This document shows positions 9,693-20,203 of a DNA stretch of 64,000 nt, one piece after another; position 1 is the stretch's first letter, and each line of letters starts with the position of its first letter. A program made the position numbers and the translations under genes. Under the pieces are notes generated by a model that ran no database searches, was not told the origin of the DNA, and saw only the letters and a program-made list of their open reading frames with translations. The stretch spans positions 10,980 to 74,979 of the forward strand of contig JBBQGX010000001.1 in the NCBI GenBank assembly GCA_038323465.1, written 5' to 3'. The DNA is from Minisyncoccia bacterium. Lineage in GTDB: Bacteria > Patescibacteriota > Minisyncoccia > Phycocordibacterales > UBA9973.

Positions 9693-10460
9693 TTATTCTT
9701 GATTAATTGTTAATGTTTGTTTATTCATCTCTATATCACCAAAAGATGTATTTTGCATCACATCTATGATTCCTTCTCTTACCAATTCTAACATGGCTAG
9801 GAAAGAAACTATAATATGAACCTTGGCTTCTTCTTCATTTCCTGCACCGTGACTCTGTGAAAATTCTCGAAAAGATATATTTATAGCACTCTGGATACGT
9901 TCAGTTAATCCATTAATAAATTCATCAATATTTATAATCTTCTTTATTTCTATCTCAGGTAATTTATTTTCTTTTTTAGGTATTTGATTTAAAACGTCAT
10001 TAATATGAATTGCCATAGATGAAGTAGTAATCACAGGATCTGGTGAAAAAAGTGGGTCACTCCATACTCTATCACAAGGCATAAAAATTATTTTTGCACC
10101 AAAGTTATTTTGAATATCGATACTAGCCGTTTTAATTATTTGATAAAGCCGTAAACGAGATTCTAGGTCTACAATCTTTTCTGTTTCATCATCTGTTAGT
10201 GATAGATTTGGTAGAAGTGATTTTGATTTGATGAGTATTAAAGTGGCAGAGATAAGTATAAAATAAGATACATCGTTTATATTTATATCAGAATTAGAAA
10301 GAGATTTTACATAAGCAATATAATCATTTGTTACATCTGCAAGCGAAATCTCATTAACAAAAAGTTTTCTATTTTCAATAAGAGAAAGTAGCAAGTCTAA
10401 TGGTCCAGAAAAGGTACTAGTATTTACTTTATAAGTAGATTTTGAAATCCGTTCTTCCAT
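9693..10460 (-). CDS. scpA: Segregation and condensation protein A (kleisin)
   Basis: ScpA N-terminal motif FSGPLDLLLSLIE. It is paired with scpB. Confidence 0.8.
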   Translation of the reverse strand: MEERISKSTYKVNTSTFSGPLDLLLSLIENRKLFVNEISLADVTNDYIAYVKSLSNSDININDVSYFILISATLILIKSKSLLPNLSLTDDETEKIVDLESRLRLYQIIKTASIDIQNNFGAKIIFMPCDRVWSDPLFSPDPVITTSSMAIHINDVLNQIPKKENKLPEIEIKKIINIDEFINGLTERIQSAINISFREFSQSHGAGNEEEAKVHIIVSFLAMLELVREGIIDVMQNTSFGDIEMNKQTLTINQE

Positions 10461-10461
10461 A

Positions 10462-11853
10462 TTATTTTTTATTTATACTTATCCCTAATTCTTTGAGTTG
10501 TTTTTCTGAAGCTTTAGAGGGTGATCCCATCATCAAGTCTTTACCTTCTCCGGTCTTAGGAAAAGCAATAACTTCACGAATATTGGGTTCATTTTCCATT
10601 AACATTACAATACGATCTATCCCCTGAGCACATCCACCATGTGGAGGAGCTCCAAACTCAAAAGCAGTTAAGAGATGACCAAAACGTGCCTCAATTGTTT
10701 CTTTATTTAAACCAAGTAATTCAAATATTTTATTTTGTAATTCACGTTGATGAATACGAATAGAGCCACCACCAAGCTCATAGCCATTTAGTACTATATC
10801 ATAAGCATTAGCTCGAGCGAGCAATGGATCAGTTTCAAGTAAATAAGCATCTTCATTTTTTGGCGAAGTAAATGGATGATGAACAGCTTGAATTCCACCC
10901 TCACTATTTTTTTCAAACATTGGAAAATCAACAACCCAACAAAAAGCCAGTAGATTAGAATCATTTTTATCAATTCGTAAATCTGGTTTATCGTTGCCAT
11001 ATTTTTCCATTGATTCTTTGTAAGTCAAACGAGGGAAAGGAATTTCTTGAATTTTTTTTCCTGGGTATACACTTTGGACCATTTTGATAAACATATCCTC
11101 AGTATAATTAATTACTTCTTCTTGATCTACAAAAGACATCTCGTAGTCTAGCTGTGTAAACTCTGGCTGTCTATCACCTCTTGTGTCTTCATCACGCATA
11201 CATTTTGCTATTTGAAAATATTTTTCAAAACCAGCAACCATAGCCAACTGTTTAAATTGTTGTGGTGATTGTGGAAGAACATAAAAATTACCAGGTTCAA
11301 GTCTGGAAGGAACCAAATATTCTCGTGATCCTTCTGGTGTTCCCTTTGTCATTATAGGTGTTTCAATATCAAGGAAATCATTTTTATGCATATGATCACG
11401 AAAGAATGTTACAATCTTATCTCGCATTTTAATATTTTTTTGCATTCTTTCTGAACGAAGATCTAGGTATTTATATTTCATCCGAAGATCCTCGGTTACA
11501 CCAATTGTATTTTCGTTAATCGAGAAAGGCGGAGTTTCTGCTTTATTTAATATTTTTATTTCAACTATTTCTAATTCTAGATCACCATTTAAAATTCCCT
11601 CTTTTATATTTCTTTCTGGTCTTTTATTTACTTTTCCATTTACTTTGACAACAAATTCGCTACGTAAAGTTTTGCCAATTTCCAGTGTTTCTATATAATT
11701 TGGTAAAATTACACCTTGCACTTTTCCAGTCATATCACGAAAATCTAGGAAAATCATTTTACCTTGATCACGCCTGACATCTACCCAACCTGAAATACTA
11801 ACCATCGATCCAATATTTTCTTTTAAATCTTTAATGTATGTACGTTCAGTCAT
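10462..11853 (-). CDS. aspS: Aspartyl-tRNA synthetase, compact form without the GAD insertion; likely non-discriminating
   Basis: N-terminal OB anticodon-binding domain. Class II motifs include CMRDEDTRGDRQPEFTQLDYEMSF and C-terminal GGGSIRIH. At 463 aa it is shorter than the ~590-aa bacterial form. gatB is present in the window. Confidence 0.85.
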   Translation of the reverse strand: MTERTYIKDLKENIGSMVSISGWVDVRRDQGKMIFLDFRDMTGKVQGVILPNYIETLEIGKTLRSEFVVKVNGKVNKRPERNIKEGILNGDLELEIVEIKILNKAETPPFSINENTIGVTEDLRMKYKYLDLRSERMQKNIKMRDKIVTFFRDHMHKNDFLDIETPIMTKGTPEGSREYLVPSRLEPGNFYVLPQSPQQFKQLAMVAGFEKYFQIAKCMRDEDTRGDRQPEFTQLDYEMSFVDQEEVINYTEDMFIKMVQSVYPGKKIQEIPFPRLTYKESMEKYGNDKPDLRIDKNDSNLLAFCWVVDFPMFEKNSEGGIQAVHHPFTSPKNEDAYLLETDPLLARANAYDIVLNGYELGGGSIRIHQRELQNKIFELLGLNKETIEARFGHLLTAFEFGAPPHGGCAQGIDRIVMLMENEPNIREVIAFPKTGEGKDLMMGSPSKASEKQLKELGISINKK

Positions 11854-11880
11854 ATGTTTAATAAATATATTTAATAATAA

Positions 11881-12096
11881 TTAATGAAGATCTGTAGCGA
11901 TTATGAACTCATAAGGTACTGATATAATAAACGTTATAGCAACAAGGACATAATATATTGGAGTAAATAGATACCAAACTATAATATCTTTTTTTTTCAT
12001 TCCAAAATACCACTTTTGAACTTTGGTATGAATAATATTGATAGGCCAATATATAACACCAAACACTATTGTGAGTAATATACGAATGTATTTCAT
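11881..12096 (-). CDS. Small hypothetical membrane protein (71 aa)
   Basis: Two predicted TM helices. It fills the gap between aspS and trpS on the same strand. An overlapping 63-aa alternative frame also exists. Confidence 0.25.
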   Translation of the reverse strand: MKYIRILLTIVFGVIYWPINIIHTKVQKWYFGMKKKDIIVWYLFTPIYYVLVAITFIISVPYEFIIATDLH

Positions 12097-12101
12097 ACAA
12101 A

Positions 12102-13073
12102 TTATTGAGTTAGTCCTATATTATTTCGGACTATATCCATTTTATTTTTAATATGAACCTTTGCTTTACCAGCACCTTCTTTTAAAATTTTTAAAACTTC
12201 ATCTTTATGATTTTCATAATAAACTCTCTTTTCTCTCATAGGGGAAATATATTTAATTATATCTTCATAAAGTAAATCTTTCAATTCTTTGTAACCAGTA
12301 ATATTATTTATATATTTTTCTTTCAAAACTTTAACTTCATTTTCATTAATTAAAAGTTTATGTATAGCAAAAATATTACAAGTATTAGGATCTTTCGGTT
12401 CGTTTGGAGATTTTGAATCTGTTACAATACTCATGACAGCTTTCTTTATCTCAAGATCTGTTCCAAAAAGTGGAATGGTATTACCGTAATTTTTTGACAT
12501 CTTTCTTCCGTCCAATCCTGGTACAATAGCCACCTCTTCTTGTATTAAAGGCTCGGGTATTTTAAAAGTATCGCCAAAAATTTTATTAAATTTTTGTGCA
12601 GTATCACGAGCATACTCTACGTGTTGTTTTTGGTCTTGACCTACAGGAACAACGTCGGCATCTTGAATTAAAATATCTGCTGCCATTAAAATAGGATAAT
12701 CAAAAAGTCCAACAGTCGCTTCTTTTCCATTTTGTTTAGCATCTTTATAAGCAGTTGCTCTTTCTAAAAAAGGCATAGTCGTAATACAATTAAAGTACCA
12801 TGTAAGCTCTGTTACTTCAGGAACATCAGATTGTTTAAATAAACAAACTTTTTTAGGATCGAGACCACAAGCCAAATAATCCATTGCAACGTTAAGTATA
12901 TTTTGAGATAAAATTTCTTTATTTTGAATTGTAGTTATTGCATGTAAATCAGCAATAAAAATAGTAGACTCATATTTGTCTTGTAAATCGACAAATTGTT
13001 TTATAGCCCCAAAATAGTTTCCTAAATGAATTATTCCTGTAGGTTTAATCCCTGATAATGATCTTTTCTTCAT
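12102..13073 (-). CDS. trpS: Tryptophanyl-tRNA synthetase
   Basis: Class I aaRS. HIGH-like GIIHLGNYFGA and KMSKN. Length 323 aa, typical of TrpRS. Confidence 0.9.
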   Translation of the reverse strand: MKKRSLSGIKPTGIIHLGNYFGAIKQFVDLQDKYESTIFIADLHAITTIQNKEILSQNILNVAMDYLACGLDPKKVCLFKQSDVPEVTELTWYFNCITTMPFLERATAYKDAKQNGKEATVGLFDYPILMAADILIQDADVVPVGQDQKQHVEYARDTAQKFNKIFGDTFKIPEPLIQEEVAIVPGLDGRKMSKNYGNTIPLFGTDLEIKKAVMSIVTDSKSPNEPKDPNTCNIFAIHKLLINENEVKVLKEKYINNITGYKELKDLLYEDIIKYISPMREKRVYYENHKDEVLKILKEGAGKAKVHIKNKMDIVRNNIGLTQ

Positions 13074-13178
13074 ATATATCTTATAATACCAAAATACAGA
13101 AAGTTTTGCACATATTACACACAGACTTATCCTAAAATCAATATTTGTAATAATTTTTCCTGTGATACAATAAGCTCT

Positions 13179-14570
13179 ATGGCTACAGATAAAAAAACAA
13201 ATTTAAGAGTTCCTCCTCAAAGTATTGACTCTGAGAAAGCTGTACTTGGGTCTATAATGCTCCGACCTAGTGCGATTCATGAAATAAACGATGTGGTAAA
13301 TGTTGATTCTTTCTATGCAAATAAACATTCTCAGATTTATAAAATAATGCTAGAACTCTCAAGTCGTGGAGAACCTATCGATCTAGTAACGATGTCTCAC
13401 AAGTTAACAGAAAAAGGATTACTAGATTCTATCGGTGGTAATAATTATCTTACTGAACTGACCAACTCCGTCCCCGCTTCTACAAACATCAAATACTACG
13501 CAGATGTTGTAAATAAAAAACATTTATTAAGAAAGATTATTGATGCCGGCTCAGATATATCTGAGCTTGGATTCAAAGATGAAGTTGATGATGTTTTCGA
13601 AATTCTCGATCAGGCTGAAAAAAGAATGATGGGGATCAATAGTAATACTTCAGGACATGCTTTTACTTCTATGAAAGAAAGTCTTCCTGAAGCTTGGGAG
13701 CGACTCGAGCGTCTACATGAGAGTAAAGGTGAACTTCGTGGAGTACCGACTGGATTCCACGATCTCGACCAGTATCTCTCTGGACTTCAAAAGTCTGACC
13801 TCATAATCATCGCAGCACGTCCTTCAATGGGTAAAACAACTCTGGCTCTCGATATCGCTCGTCAGGCAGCACTCAATCACGGTACTCCGACAGTCATATT
13901 CTCTCTTGAAATGAGTACTCAGCAACTAGTAGATAGAATGCTAGCGGCCCAATCGAAAGTCAATGCCTGGAATCTACGTACTGGAAACCTATCTACTGAA
14001 GGTGAATTTTCAAAAATTCGTGATTCTCTTGATAGTTTATCAAAAGCTCCTATCTTTATCGATGACCTCGCTGGTAACTCCATAGTTCGTATGCGTTCGG
14101 TTTGTCGTCGTATTCGTGCTGAACATGGTATAGGACTAATCATCGTCGATTATTTACAACTAATGTCAGCTTCAAAAAATTATGACAATATGGTCAACCA
14201 GATCACTGAAGTCTCAAGATCACTAAAAGCTCTAGCCAAAGAATTCGATGTACCAGTTATAGCTCTATCACAACTTTCTCGTGCCGTGGAGAGTCGTGGG
14301 GGCCGTCCAAGATTGTCAGATCTTCGTGATTCTGGATCTATTGAGCAAGATGCCGATATCGTAATGTTTATTCACAGGGAAGATAAGGGTAAAGATGAGA
14401 GTGAGAAAACTAATATTTGTGAAATCTTAATTGAAAAACATAGAAATGGTCCAGTGGGAAAAGTTGATTTATATTTCGATGAGAAAGTTACTTCATTCCT
14501 TTCTATAGATAAATCAGGAATTAATCAATTCACGCCACCAGATAGAGGTGCTGGGATGGAACAATTTTAA
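13179..14570 (+). CDS. dnaB: Replicative DNA helicase
   Basis: DnaB N-terminal domain. Walker A ARPSMGKTT. RecA-like C-terminal domain with LIIVDYLQLM. No intein. Confidence 0.9.
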   Translation: MATDKKTNLRVPPQSIDSEKAVLGSIMLRPSAIHEINDVVNVDSFYANKHSQIYKIMLELSSRGEPIDLVTMSHKLTEKGLLDSIGGNNYLTELTNSVPASTNIKYYADVVNKKHLLRKIIDAGSDISELGFKDEVDDVFEILDQAEKRMMGINSNTSGHAFTSMKESLPEAWERLERLHESKGELRGVPTGFHDLDQYLSGLQKSDLIIIAARPSMGKTTLALDIARQAALNHGTPTVIFSLEMSTQQLVDRMLAAQSKVNAWNLRTGNLSTEGEFSKIRDSLDSLSKAPIFIDDLAGNSIVRMRSVCRRIRAEHGIGLIIVDYLQLMSASKNYDNMVNQITEVSRSLKALAKEFDVPVIALSQLSRAVESRGGRPRLSDLRDSGSIEQDADIVMFIHREDKGKDESEKTNICEILIEKHRNGPVGKVDLYFDEKVTSFLSIDKSGINQFTPPDRGAGMEQF

Positions 14571-14572
14571 TT

Positions 14573-15187
14573 ATGAACCCAATAGAAAAACTTACAGAAC
14601 ATTTTAAAGAATTTCCTGGTATTGGAGAGAGACAGGCCAAGCGTTTTGTGTATTTTCTTTTACATAAAAACCCAAGCTATGTAAAAGAACTTGGTGATAA
14701 AATATTGGATATAAAAAATACTATTCACCAATGCCCTTCATGTTTCCTCTTTTTCCAATCAAAACAAGATCAACTTTGTGATATTTGCAGTAATTCAAAA
14801 ACGGACAAGACTTCCCTACTTATTGTTGAAAAAGATGCAGATTATGAAAATATAAGGAGAAGCAAAAACTATAATGGTCTTTATTTCATCTTAGGTGGAC
14901 TTGTACCTATAGTTACAAAGGAAACACCAAACTATATTCGCATTAAGGAATTGACTCGTAAAATAGAAATAGAAGCTAAAAAAAATAATTTGAAAGAAGT
15001 TGTAATAGCTCTCTCATTAAATCCTCAAGGTGAACATACTGACATGTATCTTCGTGAAATACTATCATCACCTGAGAAGAAATATAATTTTAAAATAGTC
15101 TCTCTTGGACGCGGACTTTCTACTGGTACTGAACTCGAATATTCAGACTCTGAAACAATAAAAAATGCACTGAGAAATAGAAGTTAA
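14573..15187 (+). CDS. recR: Recombination protein RecR
   Basis: N-terminal HhH (FPGIGERQAKRFVYFLL). C4 zinc finger CPSC...CDIC. Toprim domain. Confidence 0.85.
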   Translation: MNPIEKLTEHFKEFPGIGERQAKRFVYFLLHKNPSYVKELGDKILDIKNTIHQCPSCFLFFQSKQDQLCDICSNSKTDKTSLLIVEKDADYENIRRSKNYNGLYFILGGLVPIVTKETPNYIRIKELTRKIEIEAKKNNLKEVVIALSLNPQGEHTDMYLREILSSPEKKYNFKIVSLGRGLSTGTELEYSDSETIKNALRNRS

Positions 15188-15193
15188 TAAATA

Positions 15194-15221
15194 AAAAATA
15201 GCCCCTCGTGAGCTATTTTTT
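15194..15221. terminator. Bidirectional intrinsic terminator between convergent recR and rplU
   Basis: 9-bp stem aaaaatagc/gctattttt with a 9-nt loop. A/T runs lie on both sides. Confidence 0.55.
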
Positions 15222-15223
15222 AT

Positions 15224-15586
15224 TTATTTAATTGCGGAAATTTTTACTTCTATAAAAGGTTGTCTATGCCCGTTCTTTTTCAAGTATCGGCTTTTTTGTA
15301 GATACTTTACTACTTTGACAGTTTTATGCTTGCCTGCTTTTTGGAAAAGTGATTCTACTGTAGCATTTGCGATATATGGTGTTCCGATTGTTGTATCTAC
15401 CCCATTATCAACAAGTAAAACCTTGTCAAAAATGATTTTATCACCGAGTGTAAATTCTCCATCAAGCTTTTCAACCTTTAGAACATCTCCAACTGCGACC
15501 TTATACTGCTTACCACCTGTAAGTATTACAGCAAATTCTTTGCTCTCTATTTTTACCTTTTTAATTGTTTTTTTAACTGTTGCCAT
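15224..15586 (-). CDS. rplU: 50S ribosomal protein L21 (start trimmed to the internal Met at 15586)
   Basis: The L21 signature FAVILTGGKQYKVAVGDVLKVEKL begins right after the internal Met (MATVKK...). The 24-codon upstream extension in the ORF track is not L21-like. Confidence 0.8.
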   Translation of the reverse strand: MATVKKTIKKVKIESKEFAVILTGGKQYKVAVGDVLKVEKLDGEFTLGDKIIFDKVLLVDNGVDTTIGTPYIANATVESLFQKAGKHKTVKVVKYLQKSRYLKKNGHRQPFIEVKISAIK

Positions 15587-15648
15587 AACAGCCCATATAA
15601 TACACAAAAGTTGGCAAAAATGCAAGCCTGGCTGTATACTAGAAGAAT

Positions 15649-16143
15649 ATGATTTCAAAATACATATACAAAGAACTAAATTGGATAGATTTAGAGTCTC
15701 CCCAAGAAGAAGAGTTAATCCATATTTTGGAACAATATAGGATTCCGTCTAATATTAAAGATAAAATACTGGCAAAGAATTTAAACGAAACAATAGATAT
15801 AAATGATGATTCTATAGTTGTTTTTATTAAAAATAGTATAATATTTATTGTAAACAATAATCTTGTTTTAACAATTCATCACAAACCTATTGAGGCCTTT
15901 GATCAATTCTCAAAAGAAATGGAGCTAGATATTAATGGTAACAAAAAAATAAGTAGTCATAAATTATTGTTCGCTTATCTACTAAAAAATTTATATACAA
16001 GTTCGCAAGATCAATTAATAAATAATGAAAATCAAATTATAAAATTAAAAAAAAAGATCAAGTTAAATCATAGGAAAAATATACAAATGTTGATTGTTAT
16101 TTTAATATTATTTATATCTTTAATACTATCTATATGGCTCTAA
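15649..16143 (+). CDS. Hypothetical protein with one C-terminal TM helix
   Basis: 164-aa ORF divergent from rplU and overlapping the cysS start by 10 nt. The N-terminal WIDLESP..EEL resembles the CorA N-terminus only weakly. No confident family assignment. Confidence 0.4.
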   Translation: MISKYIYKELNWIDLESPQEEELIHILEQYRIPSNIKDKILAKNLNETIDINDDSIVVFIKNSIIFIVNNNLVLTIHHKPIEAFDQFSKEMELDINGNKKISSHKLLFAYLLKNLYTSSQDQLINNENQIIKLKKKIKLNHRKNIQMLIVILILFISLILSIWL

Positions 16144-17516
16144 AAATATACAATACCCTAACAAGAGAAAAAGAAGAATTCAAACCAATTAATCCCGACA
16201 TGGTTGGAATGTACACTTGTGGTCCAACAGTTTACAACTATGCTCATATAGGCAATCTGCGTACTTATATCTTTGAAGATGTCTTAAAACGCGTCCTAGC
16301 TTACAATCATTACTATATTAAGCATGTAATGAATATAACTGATGTCGGACATCTGACTGGCGACCGAGATATGGGTGAAGACAAAATTGAAAAAGAATCA
16401 ATTAAAGAAAATAAAAGTGCTTATGAAATAGCCGAATTTTATACAAACAAATTCAAAGAGGATTTAAATAGTCTCAATATTATGTATCCTGATATCTTTT
16501 GTAAAGCTACTGACAATATTGATGAACAAATCGATATGATAAAAGTACTTGAACAAAAAGGCTTCACATACAAAACAAGCGATGGTATTTATTTCAATAC
16601 AGCAAAAATAGCAAATTATGCAAAACTTTCTCATCAAAAGTTAGATGCACTTTATGAAGGTGCTCGGATAGAGATAAATCAAGAGAAAATAAATGCGACG
16701 GACTTTGCTCTCTGGAAATTCTCCCCCACCGAAACCAAACGCCAAATGGAATGGGATAGTCCATGGGGTGTTGGATTCCCTGGTTGGCATGTAGAGTGCT
16801 CTGCAATGAGTATTAAATATCTCGGTGAGCATTTTGATATACACTGTGGTGGTGTTGATTTTATAAATCTTCACCACAGCAATGAACTAGCTCAATCAGA
16901 AGCTTATACAGGAAAAGAACCTTGGGTGAACTACTGGGTTCATGGAGAATTCTTAAACATGAAAGACGGAGAGAAGATGGCAAAGAGTACTGGCAACTTT
17001 TTAACTATTAAAAGTGAATTTTTAGATAAAAATATCAATCCCTTGGTATACCGATTTGCCACTTACTCTGTGCATTACAGAAAACAGATGGAATGGAATG
17101 AGGAAATACTGAATGCCGCAAATAATGGTTATATAAGTCTCATAAATAAAATTAAAATTCTCGGAGGTGAGATAGGAGAAGTAAATGGTGAATTAAAAGA
17201 AAGATTTCAAGATAATATAAACGATGACTTAAATATGCCCAAAGCACTAGCAACAGTTAGTGAGGTCTTCAAATATGGTATTTCAAATGCTGATAAACTA
17301 GCTACTTTACTTGATTTTGATAAAGTTTTAGGTCTTGGGTTAGATAATCTTAAAAAGGATTCTATCCCGGAAGAAGTAGAAAAATTAGCAAAAGACAGAC
17401 TCATTGCTCGCTCAAATAAAGATTGGCTAAAAAGTGACGAACTCCGAGAACAGATAAAAAGTTTGGGATATGAAGTAAAGGACGTAGAGCAAGGATATGA
17501 GATAATTAAATTATAA
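16134..17516 (+). CDS. cysS: Cysteinyl-tRNA synthetase
   Basis: Class I aaRS: HIGH (YNYAHIGN), zinc-binding Cys residues, KMSKS (KMAKSTGN) and a DALR-type C-terminus. Confidence 0.9.
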   Translation: MALKIYNTLTREKEEFKPINPDMVGMYTCGPTVYNYAHIGNLRTYIFEDVLKRVLAYNHYYIKHVMNITDVGHLTGDRDMGEDKIEKESIKENKSAYEIAEFYTNKFKEDLNSLNIMYPDIFCKATDNIDEQIDMIKVLEQKGFTYKTSDGIYFNTAKIANYAKLSHQKLDALYEGARIEINQEKINATDFALWKFSPTETKRQMEWDSPWGVGFPGWHVECSAMSIKYLGEHFDIHCGGVDFINLHHSNELAQSEAYTGKEPWVNYWVHGEFLNMKDGEKMAKSTGNFLTIKSEFLDKNINPLVYRFATYSVHYRKQMEWNEEILNAANNGYISLINKIKILGGEIGEVNGELKERFQDNINDDLNMPKALATVSEVFKYGISNADKLATLLDFDKVLGLGLDNLKKDSIPEEVEKLAKDRLIARSNKDWLKSDELREQIKSLGYEVKDVEQGYEIIKL

Positions 17517-17540
17517 TTATTAATTAGTCATTAATAATTA

Positions 17541-19157
17541 CTAAATAGCATTTAATTCCATATAGAATTGTGAGCCTTTGCTTAGGCCTTCTGATTCTAC
17601 CCAGACACGGCCACCGTGGGCTTCGGCTATTTCTTTTGTCAGATACAATCCGAGTCCGGAGCCTGATGTATTCATACGAGCGCCATCACCACGAGCAAAT
17701 TTCTGGAAGAGTGTCGCTTTTATTTCAGGGGTCATACCCATACCAGTATCTAAAACAGAAAAGATAACTTTATCAGCTAATTTTTTAACAGTAACATTTA
17801 TCTCCCCTTCTTTTGTGTATTTAATAGAGTTATCAATAAAGTTTAGAACAACTTGACGAATCTTTTCCTTGTCTCCATTTACCATACAAGTATTCCCTTC
17901 GCATTCATTTTTGAAATTTAATTTAAGTCCTTTATTATTAGCTGTGATAGATAAATCCTTTGTCATACTACCTGCTACCTCTGATAGCTCAAATGGTGCC
18001 ATCTCGTACTTCATTCCACCCTGTTCTATTTTTGTTACATTAAGCAAATCCTCGACTATCTTCATCAAATTCTGGCTTGATTCAAAAATACGATTTAAAG
18101 CGCCTTTAGCTTCAAGATTTATTTCCCCATAATCACCATCTATCAACATTGAAGTATACCCTTTCATGGCAGTCAGTGGACTACGGAGTTGATGTGAAGC
18201 AAGAGAAACGAATTCAGATTTAAGTTTATCAAGTCCTTTTAGTTTTTCATTAGCATCAGACAATTCACCTGTTAACACTTCTAATTTTTCACGCTGTTCA
18301 ACTTCTTTACGAACACTTTTAATTAATAAAATTCCAACAACTATAACTATTATAAATAATGCAGTATTTATCAATTTATCTGACAAAGAATTTGCAAGTA
18401 AGGTTCTAATTAAAATAAATATCCATAGTGTAAATGTAATTAATTCTGTTGTAATTACTTTTATGTTAAATAATTGAAATTTCAAAATAGCATAACTAGT
18501 ATAAAATAAAAAAGGTAGAACAAAAAAAGAACTGAGTGTTATAAAGCTCGTATTACTTAGAAATACTGGTAAAATAAAATTAAATATGATTATCAATAAG
18601 AACATAATCAGAACACCTCTAGTAATATATACTATTTGTTGTTTAGTATTACCAGTAGATCTTTTCCTCTTTAAAAAAATTTCTCTCAGTCCAAAAAATA
18701 CTAATGATATAGCTGTAAATCCAAAAACTGGTAAGAGTACACCATGAACAGGACTAGATATCCCTGATTCATAATTAATAGCATCTTTAAATACATACGT
18801 GGTCAATGTTAAAAATGCAACTAAAATAACTGACGGAATAATCACTATTTTAAAATATTTTGGTAAGACTTTGATATTATCAGGGAAAACGTACATAAGT
18901 AAGTAAAATAAAAGAGCTTGGAGCGTTGCAAAAAACATTACAAATCGAATAAAAAAAAGATGACTAAAATATGGTATATTTTGATAGCTTAAAAAATTAA
19001 CAATACTCCATCCAATAGTTGAAATTATAAAATAAATAAAAAACCGTGAAGTAATACTTTTTGTTTTATGAGAAAATACAATAAAACCAATTATTAAACT
19101 AATTACAATACTTAAAGCAGTTGTAACAATATTGAAAGTAAAAAAATTATATTCCAT
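17541..19157 (-). CDS. Sensor histidine kinase with a large polytopic N-terminal membrane domain
   Basis: About 8 predicted TM helices and a coiled-coil linker. HisKA H-box SLASHQLRSPLT. HATPase_c G-boxes DTGMGM and GSGLGL. No response regulator gene is adjacent. Confidence 0.85.
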   Translation of the reverse strand: MEYNFFTFNIVTTALSIVISLIIGFIVFSHKTKSITSRFFIYFIISTIGWSIVNFLSYQNIPYFSHLFFIRFVMFFATLQALLFYLLMYVFPDNIKVLPKYFKIVIIPSVILVAFLTLTTYVFKDAINYESGISSPVHGVLLPVFGFTAISLVFFGLREIFLKRKRSTGNTKQQIVYITRGVLIMFLLIIIFNFILPVFLSNTSFITLSSFFVLPFLFYTSYAILKFQLFNIKVITTELITFTLWIFILIRTLLANSLSDKLINTALFIIVIVVGILLIKSVRKEVEQREKLEVLTGELSDANEKLKGLDKLKSEFVSLASHQLRSPLTAMKGYTSMLIDGDYGEINLEAKGALNRIFESSQNLMKIVEDLLNVTKIEQGGMKYEMAPFELSEVAGSMTKDLSITANNKGLKLNFKNECEGNTCMVNGDKEKIRQVVLNFIDNSIKYTKEGEINVTVKKLADKVIFSVLDTGMGMTPEIKATLFQKFARGDGARMNTSGSGLGLYLTKEIAEAHGGRVWVESEGLSKGSQFYMELNAI

Positions 19158-19177
19158 AATAATTATATATTAACATA

Positions 19178-20203
19178 TTATTCACTAATTACATCTTGAC
19201 TTAACAATCTTGGACTATGTTTAGTATTTTTTACAGGAACTCCCATCCTGAAAAAAAACTGAGGGTGATTTTTTGTCTTTAATATGCTCACTAATTTAAA
19301 TGAGTTTGATCCAATCTGTATAGGTGCGGCATATGGATGAGTAACCATACCCAAAGAAGTAGCACGTAGAGTATACAAACCATACTGATAACCGACTTTT
19401 ACCCAATCAAAAACTGTATCTCTTTCTGTTTCTAATATACAAAAAACTGGGGTGTGTTTTTTTAAAATATTTAAATCATCCTTTTCTGTTATTTTGTTCA
19501 TATTTATTCTTTTTATTAAAAAAGGAGCAAATAATGAAGCTATAAGTGGTATGCCCATTCCATAAGCTGGCATCCCAACAAAAGACTTAGTAATATTTGT
19601 TTTTATATATCCGGAAAGCTCTTCTCTAAAAAGAGAATCATTCATAGCTTCTATCCCTGCAGAAATAACAATATCTGCTATTTTATTTTTTATCTCATCC
19701 TTCCATATAAATTCTGATATTACACCAGACACTTTATATTTTGAAAAATATTTAATTTTATTTAGATCAATAGAATTTAAATATTTATTCCTATTAGTAA
19801 CTCTATTTATAATATTAACAAATAACCGAGAATAATTTTTTATATTATCTATGTTTTTTTTACAAACAATATTAATATCTCCATCGTCATTTATAAAATA
19901 ACTAGCACTATAACCAAAATTATTTGCAGTAACAATAAAAAAGGCAGTCGAAACTCCTAAACTTATGTATAACTGCCGATTATTTTTATCGCTTGATTCT
20001 AATCTTCTAGAAAAATCTGGTGAGATAATAACTCCACTATCATTTACAGTAAAATGCCAAGGTTGAGTATTGTGTGAAGATGGAGCTAATAACGCATATT
20101 TTAGAAAAAATTTATAATACTCTTTATCGCTAAAATTAGTGTCTAATAATTTTAAACTTTCATCCCATTCACTATAATTAATATTTTTTATTTTTTTACC
20201 CAT
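19178..20203 (-). CDS. Nitroreductase-superfamily protein with two tandem NTR-like halves (Acg/SagB-like)
   Basis: Hallmark APSSHNTQPWHF motif in the first half. A second NTR-like half follows. Total 341 aa. Confidence 0.7.
   Translation of the reverse strand: MGKKIKNINYSEWDESLKLLDTNFSDKEYYKFFLKYALLAPSSHNTQPWHFTVNDSGVIISPDFSRRLESSDKNNRQLYISLGVSTAFFIVTANNFGYSASYFINDDGDINIVCKKNIDNIKNYSRLFVNIINRVTNRNKYLNSIDLNKIKYFSKYKVSGVISEFIWKDEIKNKIADIVISAGIEAMNDSLFREELSGYIKTNITKSFVGMPAYGMGIPLIASLFAPFLIKRINMNKITEKDDLNILKKHTPVFCILETERDTVFDWVKVGYQYGLYTLRATSLGMVTHPYAAPIQIGSNSFKLVSILKTKNHPQFFFRMGVPVKNTKHSPRLLSQDVISE

Noticed and set aside
13919-14143. 74-aa minus-strand ORF inside dnaB
   Set aside because: It is antisense to the well-supported dnaB coding sequence and has no supporting signals.
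17541-17560. Partial match (ACTAAATAG) to the dnaK palindrome half-site between cysS and the kinase gene
   Set aside because: Only 9-10 nt match and there is no inverted partner. It lies in a convergent-terminator spacer and is probably a coincidence of AT-rich sequence.
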